Made by a program: the position numbers and the translations under genes
The notes under the pieces: generated by a model
Database searches by the model: none
Seen by the model: the letters and a program-made list of their open reading frames with translations, nothing else
Told to the model about the DNA's origin: nothing
From: a virus
Virus record (IMG/VR): IMGVR_UViG_3300042114_000045
Span: 32,001 to 96,000 of that record
Strand: one strand, 5' to 3'
Length of the DNA stretch: 64,000 nucleotides
Shown here: one piece after another, positions 10,151-19,857 of the stretch
How positions within the stretch are numbered: the stretch's first letter is position 1
Layout of the letters: each line of letters opens with the position of its first letter

Positions 10151-10393
10151 TTATATTACCCCTCTTTGTATTTCAAATTTATGATTCACGGAACTTCCCA
10201 CACCACCTGAATTAGTTCCTGGTACCCAAGTACTAGTTGCTATATCCCAAACTAATATATTACCATCTGCAATACCAGTAGTATTAACGTCTCTTAAATC
10301 TGTTAGATTTTTATATAAAAAACTACAACCATCTGACCCAATAATATCAGATGAATTGCTAAGTTGTAATGTATCACAGACTTGTATAGCCAT
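10151..10393 (-). CDS. Small tail protein
   Basis: LTDLRDV....DGNILVWD....WVPG fibre-joint motif. Confidence 0.55.
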   Translation of the reverse strand: MAIQVCDTLQLSNSSDIIGSDGCSFLYKNLTDLRDVNTTGIADGNILVWDIATSTWVPGTNSGGVGSSVNHKFEIQRGVI

Positions 10394-10397
10394 CTAC

Positions 10398-11186
10398 TTA
10401 TCCGATAATAACAACAGTATATGAGTTTGCACCTAGTACAGCAGAAAACTCTAATGTAATTGTATTAGCATCTGTGTGATTTATATTACACATTACCTCA
10501 TCACCAGAAGCTGTGTACACTCTTGTATGTACGTAGTTAGATCCTAAATTATGTACAATAGGAAATGATGAAGCATTACCTGTAATTGTAGTTTGGTGTT
10601 TTTTAACAGACCATACAGAATTTTTTAGTTTTAATGGTGTAATAGCTCTAACGTCGTCAGTACCAGTGTTAACTTCTGATTGCGTTGCAACTTCTAAAAC
10701 CCCAGCAGTCTCTTCAGTAGCTGAAGGTGTAGTAGCCATAAACGCAGTCCATGTAACACTATCAGTATCAAGTACGAAGTTAGTATTTGTTTGTCTATAC
10801 GTATTACCTGTGTATGTACCTTCTTCAACAGTAACAATAGCTTGTTCAAGACTATTAACACTATTGGCATCAGTAGACCTAGTAGTCGTAATAGAATCCC
10901 CATTAAATACATATATACCATTACTTTTTGGGGTAGTTTGTCCCATTAATAAAAGTCTATCTCCAACAGATAATGTTATACCGTCTAATTGACTTCCTGG
11001 TGCTGCTAAGTTAACATTACTAGCTACAGCTACTCTTACAGCATCTTTCCATGAAATACCTCCTGCAATAATACTATCTAAATCTTGTAACCTTACAGGT
11101 TCAGTAGAACTGCCTGGAGCAGGTAGGTTAATAATTTTTGAGGTAGACCCCATGTCAAACGTTTGTCTTACTTGTATATTTGCCAT
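10398..11186 (-). CDS. Tail fibre/virion protein
   Basis: WKDAVRVA, GDRLLL..QT...NGIYV, ATEETAGVLEVATQSEVNTGTDD.RAITP, IVHNLG motifs. Confidence 0.75.
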   Translation of the reverse strand: MANIQVRQTFDMGSTSKIINLPAPGSSTEPVRLQDLDSIIAGGISWKDAVRVAVASNVNLAAPGSQLDGITLSVGDRLLLMGQTTPKSNGIYVFNGDSITTTRSTDANSVNSLEQAIVTVEEGTYTGNTYRQTNTNFVLDTDSVTWTAFMATTPSATEETAGVLEVATQSEVNTGTDDVRAITPLKLKNSVWSVKKHQTTITGNASSFPIVHNLGSNYVHTRVYTASGDEVMCNINHTDANTITLEFSAVLGANSYTVVIIG

Positions 11187-11198
11187 ACTTTTCCTTTT

Positions 11199-14144
11199 TT
11201 ATTGGTACACTATATACCCTGATTCATAATTACTAAATTCTACCACAAACCTGTTTAAGTCAAGCTGAATTGTTGAGGTAAACATTTGTACACCACCAGT
11301 AGTATAAACAGAAACAGTTGGTATTCTACCTCTATTATGTACTACATTAACTACGTTGACGTTGCTAAACACTTCTGTTACAGGTTCATATATCGTAGGT
11401 TTATTGAGAATAATGGGACTATTATTAGTACCAGTATTACACCAATCAATTTCTATTCTTTTTGAACACCACTTATTAACAGTTGAGTCCCACATTAAAG
11501 TATCATCATTACATACACCGGTTACAACTACATCGGTTAAATCATTTAGTGTATTATAAGAACAAACATCAACTGAACTGCTTGTGTTATTAATACCATC
11601 ACATAATGTTATCACGTTATTACACGATGTAATACATGAGTTGTACATACCAGTCTTTAGTGTATTACATACACCGATAACGCATGAAACTAGATTACTA
11701 AGACATGTTGTGCATCCATTAATTGCAGCTACTTGAACTTCCAAACTAGACGCTGCATCAACAGCAGCGACACCGGCAGCAATTGCATTACTTATATCAA
11801 CTTCAGTATTTTGAACTAAACTAGTAAGACAACTATTAATATTGTCAATACAACTCTTAGAACTAATAACACACGACTGAAGACTTTGTACACAATCTCT
11901 GGCGGTAGTTATATATGCACAGGTAGTAGCAATACTGGTAGCAGCATTACCAACAGCGCAAGACATAGTAGTTATATCATTACACATAGTAGTAATACAA
12001 TCTGCAGCGTTTAAAGCATTAGTACCGTAGCTTTGTGAAACAGTAGCCCAGTGTAAAGCACTGTATCTATCATTAACACCATCATTACATATAATCTGGT
12101 TATACGGAGTCTCTGCCCATAAACAAGCAGTTCCAGCACCGTTAGTGTAGTCATCAATAAGTGTATTAACAAATGCTTGAATACAACTACATTCGGTTTC
12201 TGTAAATGCATCAATTTCTAAACACTTATTTATTGTAACATTATCCAATGTAGTACAGGCTGCTGCCATACAGTTGTCGATAGTTGTAACAATACCAGTA
12301 ACACATAATATTTTATCGTTAGCAGCAGTCACCATATTAGAACATATCGATCTACTTAGGTCATAATAACACTTAGCAGAGTAGTAGCCGCAAGTGTCCG
12401 TTCCAACACCACTTGCATACCAAGCTGCGCAGTCTCTATACCCTATTGTGGCGTTCTTTATAGTATTTACACATGCTATAGAATTTGTTATCTCAGGAAT
12501 ATATACATCCACTAACGAGTTATAAACTGTATTAACGCAAGAGAATTCACTTGACGCAGTTTGTAATAACCCTTCTGTACAAGTAATGTATGAATCTACG
12601 TTTACCATTGCTGCTATACCGTTAGTAAAATCAGTTTCTGTACCTACAAACCCACCATCAGTTGCATATTGAAAAGCACTCTTACCGTTATGAACGCAGA
12701 ATTGACCAGCAGTCACACCAGTAGATAGTAGTACACTATAGATGTCACAAGAGTCTGCACTCAGTTTTGGTTTACCTAAATATGTACTATTATAGCAAGC
12801 CTGTGCAATACCAATCCCGCGTAAATCACCTGTAGTATAACTACTACCGTCACTAAAATTCCATTTGTATCTTCCATCAGTACAGGCATCTGTACTAAGC
12901 ATACATATACCTTTACCGTGGCATAGTGTTGTTGTAAAAACAGAACCATTAGTTAAAAAGAATTTAACATCATCAACTTTGTTACCAAAAGTATCTAAAC
13001 ATCTGCACGTTTGTGTGATATTATTTACGCTAGCACCGTTAACCCCGTTAAATACTTCATAACAATGTGCGTATCCATTATCGAATGTCATTTTATAGCA
13101 AGTACCGTTCTGAGAGCTACTTAATACAGAAACACACTGTACTTTACCACCATCTAAAGGTCTATAAATATTAAAATCAAAACTAGGACAGTTACGACTA
13201 AAGTTTATTCTATACTTATCAAAACTTCCGCCAATACCACTGCATATTTGTTGGATACAAGTAATACCTGCACCTTGTGCTATATCGAAGCTAGTAACGC
13301 CACCATTATGTAAGCAGATATTATACCTATCAACACCAACAGGTACGCCAGATGTTGCTGGTACTATACAAGATATACCTGTACCATTTTGTACATTAAA
13401 TGTACTAGTTTGCCCATCACCCATAGTAATAGTATACGTATCTAAACTACCTAAACAACCAGTACCACCAGTTCTTAGTACTGATGCAATACCATTACCG
13501 TTTGTTACACATATATCATCACTTGTAGTACCATCTGTGTAACAAGTTCTATAGATTGAGGTACCACCTTCAGCAGTACTGATACTAACTGGAGCTAAAC
13601 AACTAACACCTCTACCAGTTGCACCTCTTAAACTATTAGTTTTAAAAGTACATCCGTCACTAAAGTGCCAAGTGTATGAATAGTCAGGATTTTCTGTACT
13701 GTCAACTAGACAAACGTGTCTACCGTTACACACGGTAAAAGGTAGTAGACAGTTACTTGTAGTGCATAGTGAATAAACATTTGATTCTACACCAAAACTA
13801 GTAGGAACTATACCACATATACTATCACCTTTGTCTCCACATAGGTTACTAGTTGTATAAGAAGTACCTTCACTGAAATTCCATGTATATGTACCGTCAT
13901 TATTATCAACGATACAAGACATTTTAACGTCAAGTCCATTATGAACAGTAAAACAAGCATTATTACCACTAGTTAGGTTAATTCTATATGTATCTACGGT
14001 ACCAATAGCCGGAGTTTCACCTGAAACCCGTACAATACCAGTAATACTATCACCTTTGATACCAGAAATACACGAAGTAGTACCGTCATCATAGTGAAAT
14101 ATAATACCAGTAGTATCCGTAGTTACATTACATACATTAGCCAT
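11199..14144 (-). CDS. Large Cys-rich tail/virion protein (981 aa)
   Basis: Repeats of D.Y.I....G....F.V.NG and YTW.FSDG, followed by coiled coil; about 65 Cys by manual count. Confidence 0.7.
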   Translation of the reverse strand: MANVCNVTTDTTGIIFHYDDGTTSCISGIKGDSITGIVRVSGETPAIGTVDTYRINLTSGNNACFTVHNGLDVKMSCIVDNNDGTYTWNFSEGTSYTTSNLCGDKGDSICGIVPTSFGVESNVYSLCTTSNCLLPFTVCNGRHVCLVDSTENPDYSYTWHFSDGCTFKTNSLRGATGRGVSCLAPVSISTAEGGTSIYRTCYTDGTTSDDICVTNGNGIASVLRTGGTGCLGSLDTYTITMGDGQTSTFNVQNGTGISCIVPATSGVPVGVDRYNICLHNGGVTSFDIAQGAGITCIQQICSGIGGSFDKYRINFSRNCPSFDFNIYRPLDGGKVQCVSVLSSSQNGTCYKMTFDNGYAHCYEVFNGVNGASVNNITQTCRCLDTFGNKVDDVKFFLTNGSVFTTTLCHGKGICMLSTDACTDGRYKWNFSDGSSYTTGDLRGIGIAQACYNSTYLGKPKLSADSCDIYSVLLSTGVTAGQFCVHNGKSAFQYATDGGFVGTETDFTNGIAAMVNVDSYITCTEGLLQTASSEFSCVNTVYNSLVDVYIPEITNSIACVNTIKNATIGYRDCAAWYASGVGTDTCGYYSAKCYYDLSRSICSNMVTAANDKILCVTGIVTTIDNCMAAACTTLDNVTINKCLEIDAFTETECSCIQAFVNTLIDDYTNGAGTACLWAETPYNQIICNDGVNDRYSALHWATVSQSYGTNALNAADCITTMCNDITTMSCAVGNAATSIATTCAYITTARDCVQSLQSCVISSKSCIDNINSCLTSLVQNTEVDISNAIAAGVAAVDAASSLEVQVAAINGCTTCLSNLVSCVIGVCNTLKTGMYNSCITSCNNVITLCDGINNTSSSVDVCSYNTLNDLTDVVVTGVCNDDTLMWDSTVNKWCSKRIEIDWCNTGTNNSPIILNKPTIYEPVTEVFSNVNVVNVVHNRGRIPTVSVYTTGGVQMFTSTIQLDLNRFVVEFSNYESGYIVYQ

Positions 14145-14153
14145 TCATAATCC

Positions 14154-14843
14154 TTATGATATTGTGTAAGAAAATGCACTGAATCCTTTTGGAAGAGTAC
14201 CAAATCCTTTTAAATCTACATCTCTTGTAGTATTATCGCCAGGTATTAAACCTTTTGCCTCTATTTCATCACAAGACATCTTAAATCTCATTAAATGTGT
14301 ATTATTTTCACCATCAATGTTACCGTCAACACTACCGTGAGCTCTGTAACCTACATAATGCATCAACGGTTCCATTAAAAATCTAGGAATTTCAACACTA
14401 TAAGACTCATCAGCGTCTAAAGGTATTTCAACTGGCATAGTACAGAATGTAACTACGAATTGTGTTACATCTTTTTGTACTTCTTTTACTTGCATTGTGT
14501 CATACGTCGGGAAATATGCAGTATATTTATCAGCGTAGTTATTAATAGAAACTTCATTTCCTAAATTATCAACAATCCTAATTATTCTACTAAATTCTCT
14601 CTTATTATAGGTAGCTTTAACTACTCCAGACAGTACATCAGCACTACCTTTGTTAAGTGTGTAGATAGTTTTACCTGGTACTAGATCAATAACTGCTTCT
14701 TGTACATTTAATACAAATCTATCATGTATGGCAACGATAGCCATATTTATAAAATCAATAATAACGTTATCAGGTTTATCTTTTGCCGATAATCCCTTTA
14801 ACTCTCCGTTTCTTGCTGTGTTTAATATACTACTTAGTTTCAT
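14154..14843 (-). CDS. Head-completion/adaptor protein (N4 gp67-like)
   Basis: Position next to terminase; EPLMHYVGYRAH...HLMRF..SC..IE..GL motif. Confidence 0.55.
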   Translation of the reverse strand: MKLSSILNTARNGELKGLSAKDKPDNVIIDFINMAIVAIHDRFVLNVQEAVIDLVPGKTIYTLNKGSADVLSGVVKATYNKREFSRIIRIVDNLGNEVSINNYADKYTAYFPTYDTMQVKEVQKDVTQFVVTFCTMPVEIPLDADESYSVEIPRFLMEPLMHYVGYRAHGSVDGNIDGENNTHLMRFKMSCDEIEAKGLIPGDNTTRDVDLKGFGTLPKGFSAFSYTIS

Positions 14844-14882
14844 GTGTACCCCTCAATTATGGGATATTTTACTGTAAATCAC

Positions 14883-16565
14883 CTAAAATACAACTGAAGA
14901 CATCCTATTCTCTTCATCTCTATCAGGTGTTTGCCATTCATCACCCCACATAGTACCAATATGTACAACATTTGGATCTTCTATAACTTCTATACTAGGT
15001 CTATAAGCCTCAATCTCACTAAGCATTGATATAGTATCAGCAATATCATCGTGTTTAGACTTAAAACCTTTCTTAGAGACATTGCGTAGTTCCTCTTCTA
15101 GTTCATTCATATAAGCTTCTTCCTTCATTTCTTCAGGGAACCATATCTTTTTCTGTTTAAACAACGGTAATACCTGGTTGAATCTAGTTAATTTATCACC
15201 AATTGGTCTAATTCCAGGTGCATTACCATTACTCTTACCGACTGCTAAGTTAAAGAATATATTTCGTCTTATCATTTCTTGGTTAATCCAACTTATAAAC
15301 CCACCTTGTTGACCAGTAACCTCTATACCTACGCTCAATGGTTTGTACATACTTACCATTCTAAATAGATCATTTATATTTGTATCCATTAGTTGCTGTT
15401 TACATATACCATCAACCAACATCCAGTCACCATTATTAGTGTATGCCCATACAGATATAACACTAAAGTCAGCACCTTTCTTACTCGAGGTAGCAAAGTC
15501 CGTAGTTATATAATAATTGTACGCGTACTTGTTCTTAATTATATCAGATCTTTTATACCATACAACATCACTATCTTGAATCAATCTATCTTCCTCAGAC
15601 ATAATTCTTAGCATAAGCTCTTGGTAGAAGTTTTCTGGTTTATTAAGTGCAATAGCCTCATCATACTCAGCTTTAACATACTCGTATGTAAACCTATCTT
15701 CCCAACTACCTCTAAACTCTTCTCTAGGACAAGGAAACCTCTCACAAACAGGAAACACTGATACAGTCCAAGCACCACTCTCAACAGCTCTGTACAATGG
15801 ATCTCTTGCATTAAACGGTGTACCGATAAAAATCATCTTCTGTTTAGTAGGATGTAACGCTTTAGACACAGCCTTATAGATAGTATTTTCAATAGTTTCA
15901 ATAATGGTAGCAGATCTAGCAGCATCATCACTAATAAGGTCATCCAGAATAGCTACTGTAGGTCTTATACCCATCTCTTTAGCTCCCCTTACCCCAGTTT
16001 GTGCTCCATATCCTTTAACAACCGTTCTATGACCTTTTGTGTTCATAAACTCTAAACGAATATCAGTAAACTTTCTACCACCAGAAGTCTGATTTTCGTA
16101 TTCGTCTAAGTCAACAAATCCAGCACCATCTGTACCTACAGTTATTTTCTGGTTAGGAATTAGTTGCTTTAAAAACTCACTCTCTTGGTATCTATATTCA
16201 ACGTTTCTTCTTAAGTTTTTTACTCCATTTTCAATACTATCGGTTACATATAACATAAGACTAACTTTACCAAAACCTGGTAGATAACCAAATGCGGCAA
16301 CAAACAATATTAAGTACTCGGCAAACAACGTAGTTTTACCGATACCCCTATGACACATAATAGCACAACGTCTATCTTCATTAAATACTCTCTCCATCAT
16401 AACTAAGTGTACAGGTGGAGTTTCATTCTCTTCACTACCGCCATTTACAGCTTTGATAAAGTTTACAAACCTTAGTGCATCATCAATAGGCATATAGCCT
16501 TTAAACTCATAATCTACGTTGTTAAGGTATTCCTCAACCGTAGTTGCTTTACTTCTCTCTATCAT
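14883..16565 (-). CDS. terL: Terminase large subunit (N4-like)
   Basis: Walker A HRGIGKTT, RPTVAILDD, IGTPFN motif, RNase H-like DFA...DFS and HDDIADTISML. Confidence 0.93.
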   Translation of the reverse strand: MIERSKATTVEEYLNNVDYEFKGYMPIDDALRFVNFIKAVNGGSEENETPPVHLVMMERVFNEDRRCAIMCHRGIGKTTLFAEYLILFVAAFGYLPGFGKVSLMLYVTDSIENGVKNLRRNVEYRYQESEFLKQLIPNQKITVGTDGAGFVDLDEYENQTSGGRKFTDIRLEFMNTKGHRTVVKGYGAQTGVRGAKEMGIRPTVAILDDLISDDAARSATIIETIENTIYKAVSKALHPTKQKMIFIGTPFNARDPLYRAVESGAWTVSVFPVCERFPCPREEFRGSWEDRFTYEYVKAEYDEAIALNKPENFYQELMLRIMSEEDRLIQDSDVVWYKRSDIIKNKYAYNYYITTDFATSSKKGADFSVISVWAYTNNGDWMLVDGICKQQLMDTNINDLFRMVSMYKPLSVGIEVTGQQGGFISWINQEMIRRNIFFNLAVGKSNGNAPGIRPIGDKLTRFNQVLPLFKQKKIWFPEEMKEEAYMNELEEELRNVSKKGFKSKHDDIADTISMLSEIEAYRPSIEVIEDPNVVHIGTMWGDEWQTPDRDEENRMSSVVF

Positions 16566-17318
16566 CTATTTCTCCTCAATCTCAGCATCTTCATAATCAA
16601 CTGCAGTATGTACAATAGCTACGTTGGCTATCGCCTTAAGGTCTCCACCAGCGGCAATCTGGTCTTTCTGTGTAGACACTAGTTGATTAATCATAGCTTC
16701 ATACTTATCAATCATATTCTCTTGTTTAACACCAATATCAAGTTCAACTTTAATGTTCTCAGGTGGTTTAACGTGAGTCAATAACTTATCGGCAGCAGCA
16801 ATCCTATCCTTACTATACATTGCAGTATGCATCTCCGTAGCTAGTACACTTACAGCTTGGTATCTTGCACCTTGAAACATAAGATACAATGGCATATCAG
16901 CCATAATAAGTATATCTTTAACCATAGGAGTTTTTCTGTACCTACTAGCTGCAAATGTTAGTTCTTTATATCCAGATGAATCACTAGGTAACTCCATTCT
17001 TTCTCTAACAAAGTCTTCGTGACATCTAGCTTTTATATAAGCTTGTGTATAATTATCTTCAGTAGACTCCAAATAAGCACAAAATCTAAGAGCATTAATA
17101 TACTCTTGCATACTAGCACTATTCTTAGTCATAACATCTCTGTACGTAATCATCTGGTTAATAAATTCATCACCATTAAACTCTGGGTCACTATTAGCTC
17201 TATTGATTAATGCAACAGTGTTCTCATCAATTGTCTTAGCTTTACTAGGGAACTTTTCTTTAAGGAATTGTTCCGTCACTACATTTTTAGTTTTACAAAC
17301 TATACCTAACCCAGCCAT
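16566..17318 (-). CDS. Terminase small subunit (N4 gp69-like)
   Basis: Abuts terL; YINALRFC..., DRIAAADKLLTHVKPPE...ELDI motifs. Confidence 0.7.
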   Translation of the reverse strand: MAGLGIVCKTKNVVTEQFLKEKFPSKAKTIDENTVALINRANSDPEFNGDEFINQMITYRDVMTKNSASMQEYINALRFCAYLESTEDNYTQAYIKARCHEDFVRERMELPSDSSGYKELTFAASRYRKTPMVKDILIMADMPLYLMFQGARYQAVSVLATEMHTAMYSKDRIAAADKLLTHVKPPENIKVELDIGVKQENMIDKYEAMINQLVSTQKDQIAAGGDLKAIANVAIVHTAVDYEDAEIEEK

Positions 17319-17462
17319 TATTTTTTCCTATTATGTAATTCAATGAAGTCATCGCATAAATGTTCAATAGCATCACCTAGTGTTTTCACACCAAGTATTG
17401 CTTGAACCATACGTAGTTTTCTATGAATTCCGTCAAGAATCTTTATAGTTACTTTTAACATA

Positions 17463-18608
17463 TCAACCTCCTCTTCTAACATTATAGGTAATTCTTGTAT
17501 CTTCACCATACTCTCTATCATACACAATACACTTCATAGTTCCTGCATTTCTACCAAATCCAGCATCAGCTGCCCAAGCATTTAAAGGTGCAATATTTCT
17601 ATGACTCTCAGCTTTACAAAGTCTACCATCATATATAGCATCTTTATGGATATGACCAAAATGGAAATACCTCTCTTTAGTAGTACTCCAGTTAGCTTCA
17701 TTATGCATCGCCATAACTTCTCCAGAATGGCCCATCTTTAATCCATCACCATGTGCAAAACCTAACAACGTTCTACCAAATTGGTAGTATTTTTGTTTAG
17801 CAGGAGATTCATCAACTATAACACCTTCATCATTTCTAAACCATGCAGACACAAATGCAGTAATAGCATACCCAGTAGTTATATCGTGGTTACCACTTAT
17901 ATTAATAAACCTAACAGTATTATGTTTTGTTAAAGCTTTCTCAATAAAGTATCTCATACATTCCATAGCAACTTTCATTACCTTTGGATATCTTCCATCA
18001 GTATCTAGTATATGCCCACTCTTAGGTGTCATATTTTTAAGGTCATCTATCTCAGTTAAATCTCCAAGATCAACAACAATACATTCTTCAGTAGATGGAG
18101 CTCTCTCAACTAACTCATCAATAGCAAGTTTTAATTGAGTCTCAGCTATAGACAAATCCCAATCACTGTCCCTAGTTTCAGGACCCCACATTAACGCACC
18201 AATATGTACATCATTTGATATATAAACAGGAAGTAAATCAGTTCGTGTATTTTGTACTCTTGGTAACTGTACATGTGAAGATCTTAAAGAACCAAGTAGT
18301 TCTAATATGGCAGTCTTAGCTGCATCAGCTTTACTATTACCAGTCTCTTTAACCCATTGTAGTTTAACATTACCTTCTCCATCAACCAATGTAGATGTTC
18401 CAGTAGTTATAGCCATAGTTGGTTTAACACCAGAATACAAACTTAGTATATCTTCTCTTGTCTTATACAAATACCAGTTGTTAATTCCATACTTCAGTCT
18501 AACATTTCTAGTAGCTCTTTTTCTTTCTCTGGGATCGGCAATCATCAGTGCCTCTGCTACTTCTTTTAATTCTTCTTTACTCCAGTTATCGTATAACGCC
18601 ATGAGCAT
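17463..18608 (-). CDS. Calcineurin-like metallophosphoesterase
   Basis: DVHIG, DLGD, GNHD, AHGD, GHIH motifs. Confidence 0.85.
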   Translation of the reverse strand: MLMALYDNWSKEELKEVAEALMIADPRERKRATRNVRLKYGINNWYLYKTREDILSLYSGVKPTMAITTGTSTLVDGEGNVKLQWVKETGNSKADAAKTAILELLGSLRSSHVQLPRVQNTRTDLLPVYISNDVHIGALMWGPETRDSDWDLSIAETQLKLAIDELVERAPSTEECIVVDLGDLTEIDDLKNMTPKSGHILDTDGRYPKVMKVAMECMRYFIEKALTKHNTVRFINISGNHDITTGYAITAFVSAWFRNDEGVIVDESPAKQKYYQFGRTLLGFAHGDGLKMGHSGEVMAMHNEANWSTTKERYFHFGHIHKDAIYDGRLCKAESHRNIAPLNAWAADAGFGRNAGTMKCIVYDREYGEDTRITYNVRRGG

Positions 18609-18801
18609 CCTTTATTAGTAATTTTACTAATTATACTTAAAGTAGTCTTAACTTTATCTTAAAGGTATATCTGCTATAATACACTATAAGTACGGAATAG
18701 TCATACACGACATAATTAACTGTGCTTATCTTTTATTAACTAACAATGATACTAAATCTGATTTTTTCATATTATCTATATTAAATACTGAAGAGTTTAA
18801 A

Positions 18802-18875
18802 TGGTTCGGATATAGAGAATCGAACTCTAACCTCAGCTTCCCAAAAGCCGTGTGCTACCATAACACTTTATCCAA
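18802..18875 (-). tRNA. tRNA-Pro(UGG)
   Basis: Cloverleaf on minus strand, anticodon loop TTTGGGA, TTCGA T-loop, encoded CCA. Confidence 0.88.
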
Positions 18876-18878
18876 ATA

Positions 18879-18954
18879 TGGTGCTACCAACAGGGATCGA
18901 ACCTGTGACACTAGGATTTTCAATCCTATGCTCTACCATCTGAGCTACAATAGC
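18879..18954 (-). tRNA. tRNA-Phe(GAA)
   Basis: Cloverleaf, loop TTGAAAA, CCA. Confidence 0.92.
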
Positions 18955-18955
18955 A

Positions 18956-19032
18956 TGGTGGAATATATCGGATTCGAACCGATCACCTCTAGCGTGCAAA
19001 GCTAGCGCTCTACCAAAATGAGCTAATACCCC
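18956..19032 (-). tRNA. tRNA-Ala(UGC)
   Basis: Cloverleaf, G3:U70, loop TTTGCAC, CCA. Confidence 0.92.
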
Positions 19033-19042
19033 TTATAAAAAT

Positions 19043-19119
19043 TGGTTGTTCCATAAGGACTTGAACCTTAAACCTCTCGATTATCAACCGAACGCTCTGA
19101 CCAATTGAGCTATGGAACA
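19043..19119 (-). tRNA. tRNA-Ile(GAU)
   Basis: Cloverleaf, loop TTGATAA, CCA. Confidence 0.9.
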
Positions 19120-19121
19120 TT

Positions 19122-19197
19122 TGGCACTCCTAATCGGATTCGAACCGATATGAGCTCCTGGAAAGGGAGCCATCCTAAACCATTAGATGATAGGAGC
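19122..19197 (-). tRNA. tRNA-Glu(UUC)
   Basis: Cloverleaf, GCTCC-CTTTCCA-GGAGC, CCA. Confidence 0.9.
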
Positions 19198-19199
19198 AT

Positions 19200-19273
19200 T
19201 GGCTCTCTAGGTAGGTATCGAACCTACGACTTCCCTTTAACAGAGGGATGCTTGACCTTCAAGCTACTAGAGA
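19200..19273 (-). tRNA. tRNA-Asn(GUU)
   Basis: Cloverleaf, loop CTGTTAA, CCA. Confidence 0.9.
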
Positions 19274-19274
19274 A

Positions 19275-19351
19275 TGGGGTAATCGACGAGACTCGAACTC
19301 GCAACATTCAGGATCACAACCTGACGCCTCTACCATTGGGCTACGACTAAC
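19275..19351 (-). tRNA. tRNA-His(GUG)
   Basis: Cloverleaf, loop TTGTGAT, G-1/C73, CCA. Confidence 0.9.
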
Positions 19352-19358
19352 ATAAATT

Positions 19359-19442
19359 TGGTGCGGAAGGAGAGACTCGAACTCTCACGCCTTTCAGCAC
19401 TGGTTTCTAAGACCAGATTGGCTACCATTACAACACTCCCGC
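19359..19442 (-). tRNA. tRNA-Leu(UAG)
   Basis: Cloverleaf with variable arm, loop CTTAGAA, CCA. Confidence 0.9.
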
Positions 19443-19443
19443 A

Positions 19444-19517
19444 TGGATCGAGGACCAGGGTTCGAACCTGGATTCGCAACTTCAAAGGCTGCTGTCCTAC
19501 CATTAGACGATCCTCGA
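19444..19517 (-). tRNA. tRNA-Gln(UUG)
   Basis: Cloverleaf, loop CTTTGAA, CCA. Confidence 0.9.
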
Positions 19518-19520
19518 ATA

Positions 19521-19596
19521 TGGAGCTCAATATCAGAATCGAACTGATTATCTCCTGGTTACAAATCAGGCGCTTCGCCAGCAAAGCTTATCAAGC
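19521..19596 (-). tRNA. tRNA-Thr(UGU)
   Basis: Cloverleaf, loop TTTGTAA, CCA. Confidence 0.9.
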
Positions 19597-19609
19597 ATAT
19601 TATATAAAT

Positions 19610-19641
19610 AAAAAAGGGCAGAACCTTTCGATCCTACCCTT
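19610..19641 (-). terminator. Intrinsic terminator immediately upstream of the tRNA array (attenuator)
   Basis: Minus strand AGGGTAGGATC-GAAA-GGTTCTGCCCT-TTTTT: 11-bp stem, GAAA loop, U tract. Confidence 0.8.
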
Positions 19642-19664
19642 CTAAAGATGAACTGTGTATAAAA

Positions 19665-19766
19665 CTATATACCAGTAACCTCAAAAGGGCACAGACACGT
19701 CTCGGCATTAAACGCCGGTAGCTGATGATTAATAATATTTACATTATGTAGTTGTGCTATTGCCAT
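19665..19766 (-). CDS. Putative 33-aa leader peptide of the tRNA array (not in ORF track)
   Basis: AAGGA RBS, ATG at 19766, MAIAQLHNVNIINHQLPAFNAETCLCPFEVTGI, TAG at 19667-19665. Confidence 0.7.
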   Translation of the reverse strand: MAIAQLHNVNIINHQLPAFNAETCLCPFEVTGI

Positions 19767-19797
19767 GTCTGTTCCTTATTTATTTTATATTTGAGTA

Positions 19798-19832
19798 ATT
19801 GTACTATTAATATGCTTTAATATACCTTAAAT
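19798..19832 (-). promoter_or_regulatory. Putative sigma70 promoter for leader plus tRNA array
   Basis: Minus strand TTTAAG...TTAAAG...TTAATAGTACAAT; periodic TTAA(G) tracts plus -10-like TACAAT, matching similar elements before 1469, 6522, 7440, 18608 and 21789. Confidence 0.5.
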
Positions 19833-19857
19833 CTGTGTAGTATACAATAGACTGTAA

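Noticed and set aside
11199-14144. Alternative genetic code as explanation of Cys excess
   Set aside because: Cys uses ordinary TGT/TGC, enzymes in the window have normal Cys at conserved positions, and ORFs are intact under code 11
760-18618. Plus-strand ORFs inside the minus-strand structural arm
   Set aside because: Antisense to well-supported genes, no RBS or motifs; the same holds for minus-strand ORFs within 22-64 kb
19105-19645. Track ORFs 19105..19350, 19330..19584, 19358..19645
   Set aside because: They overlap clear tRNA genes; shadow ORFs
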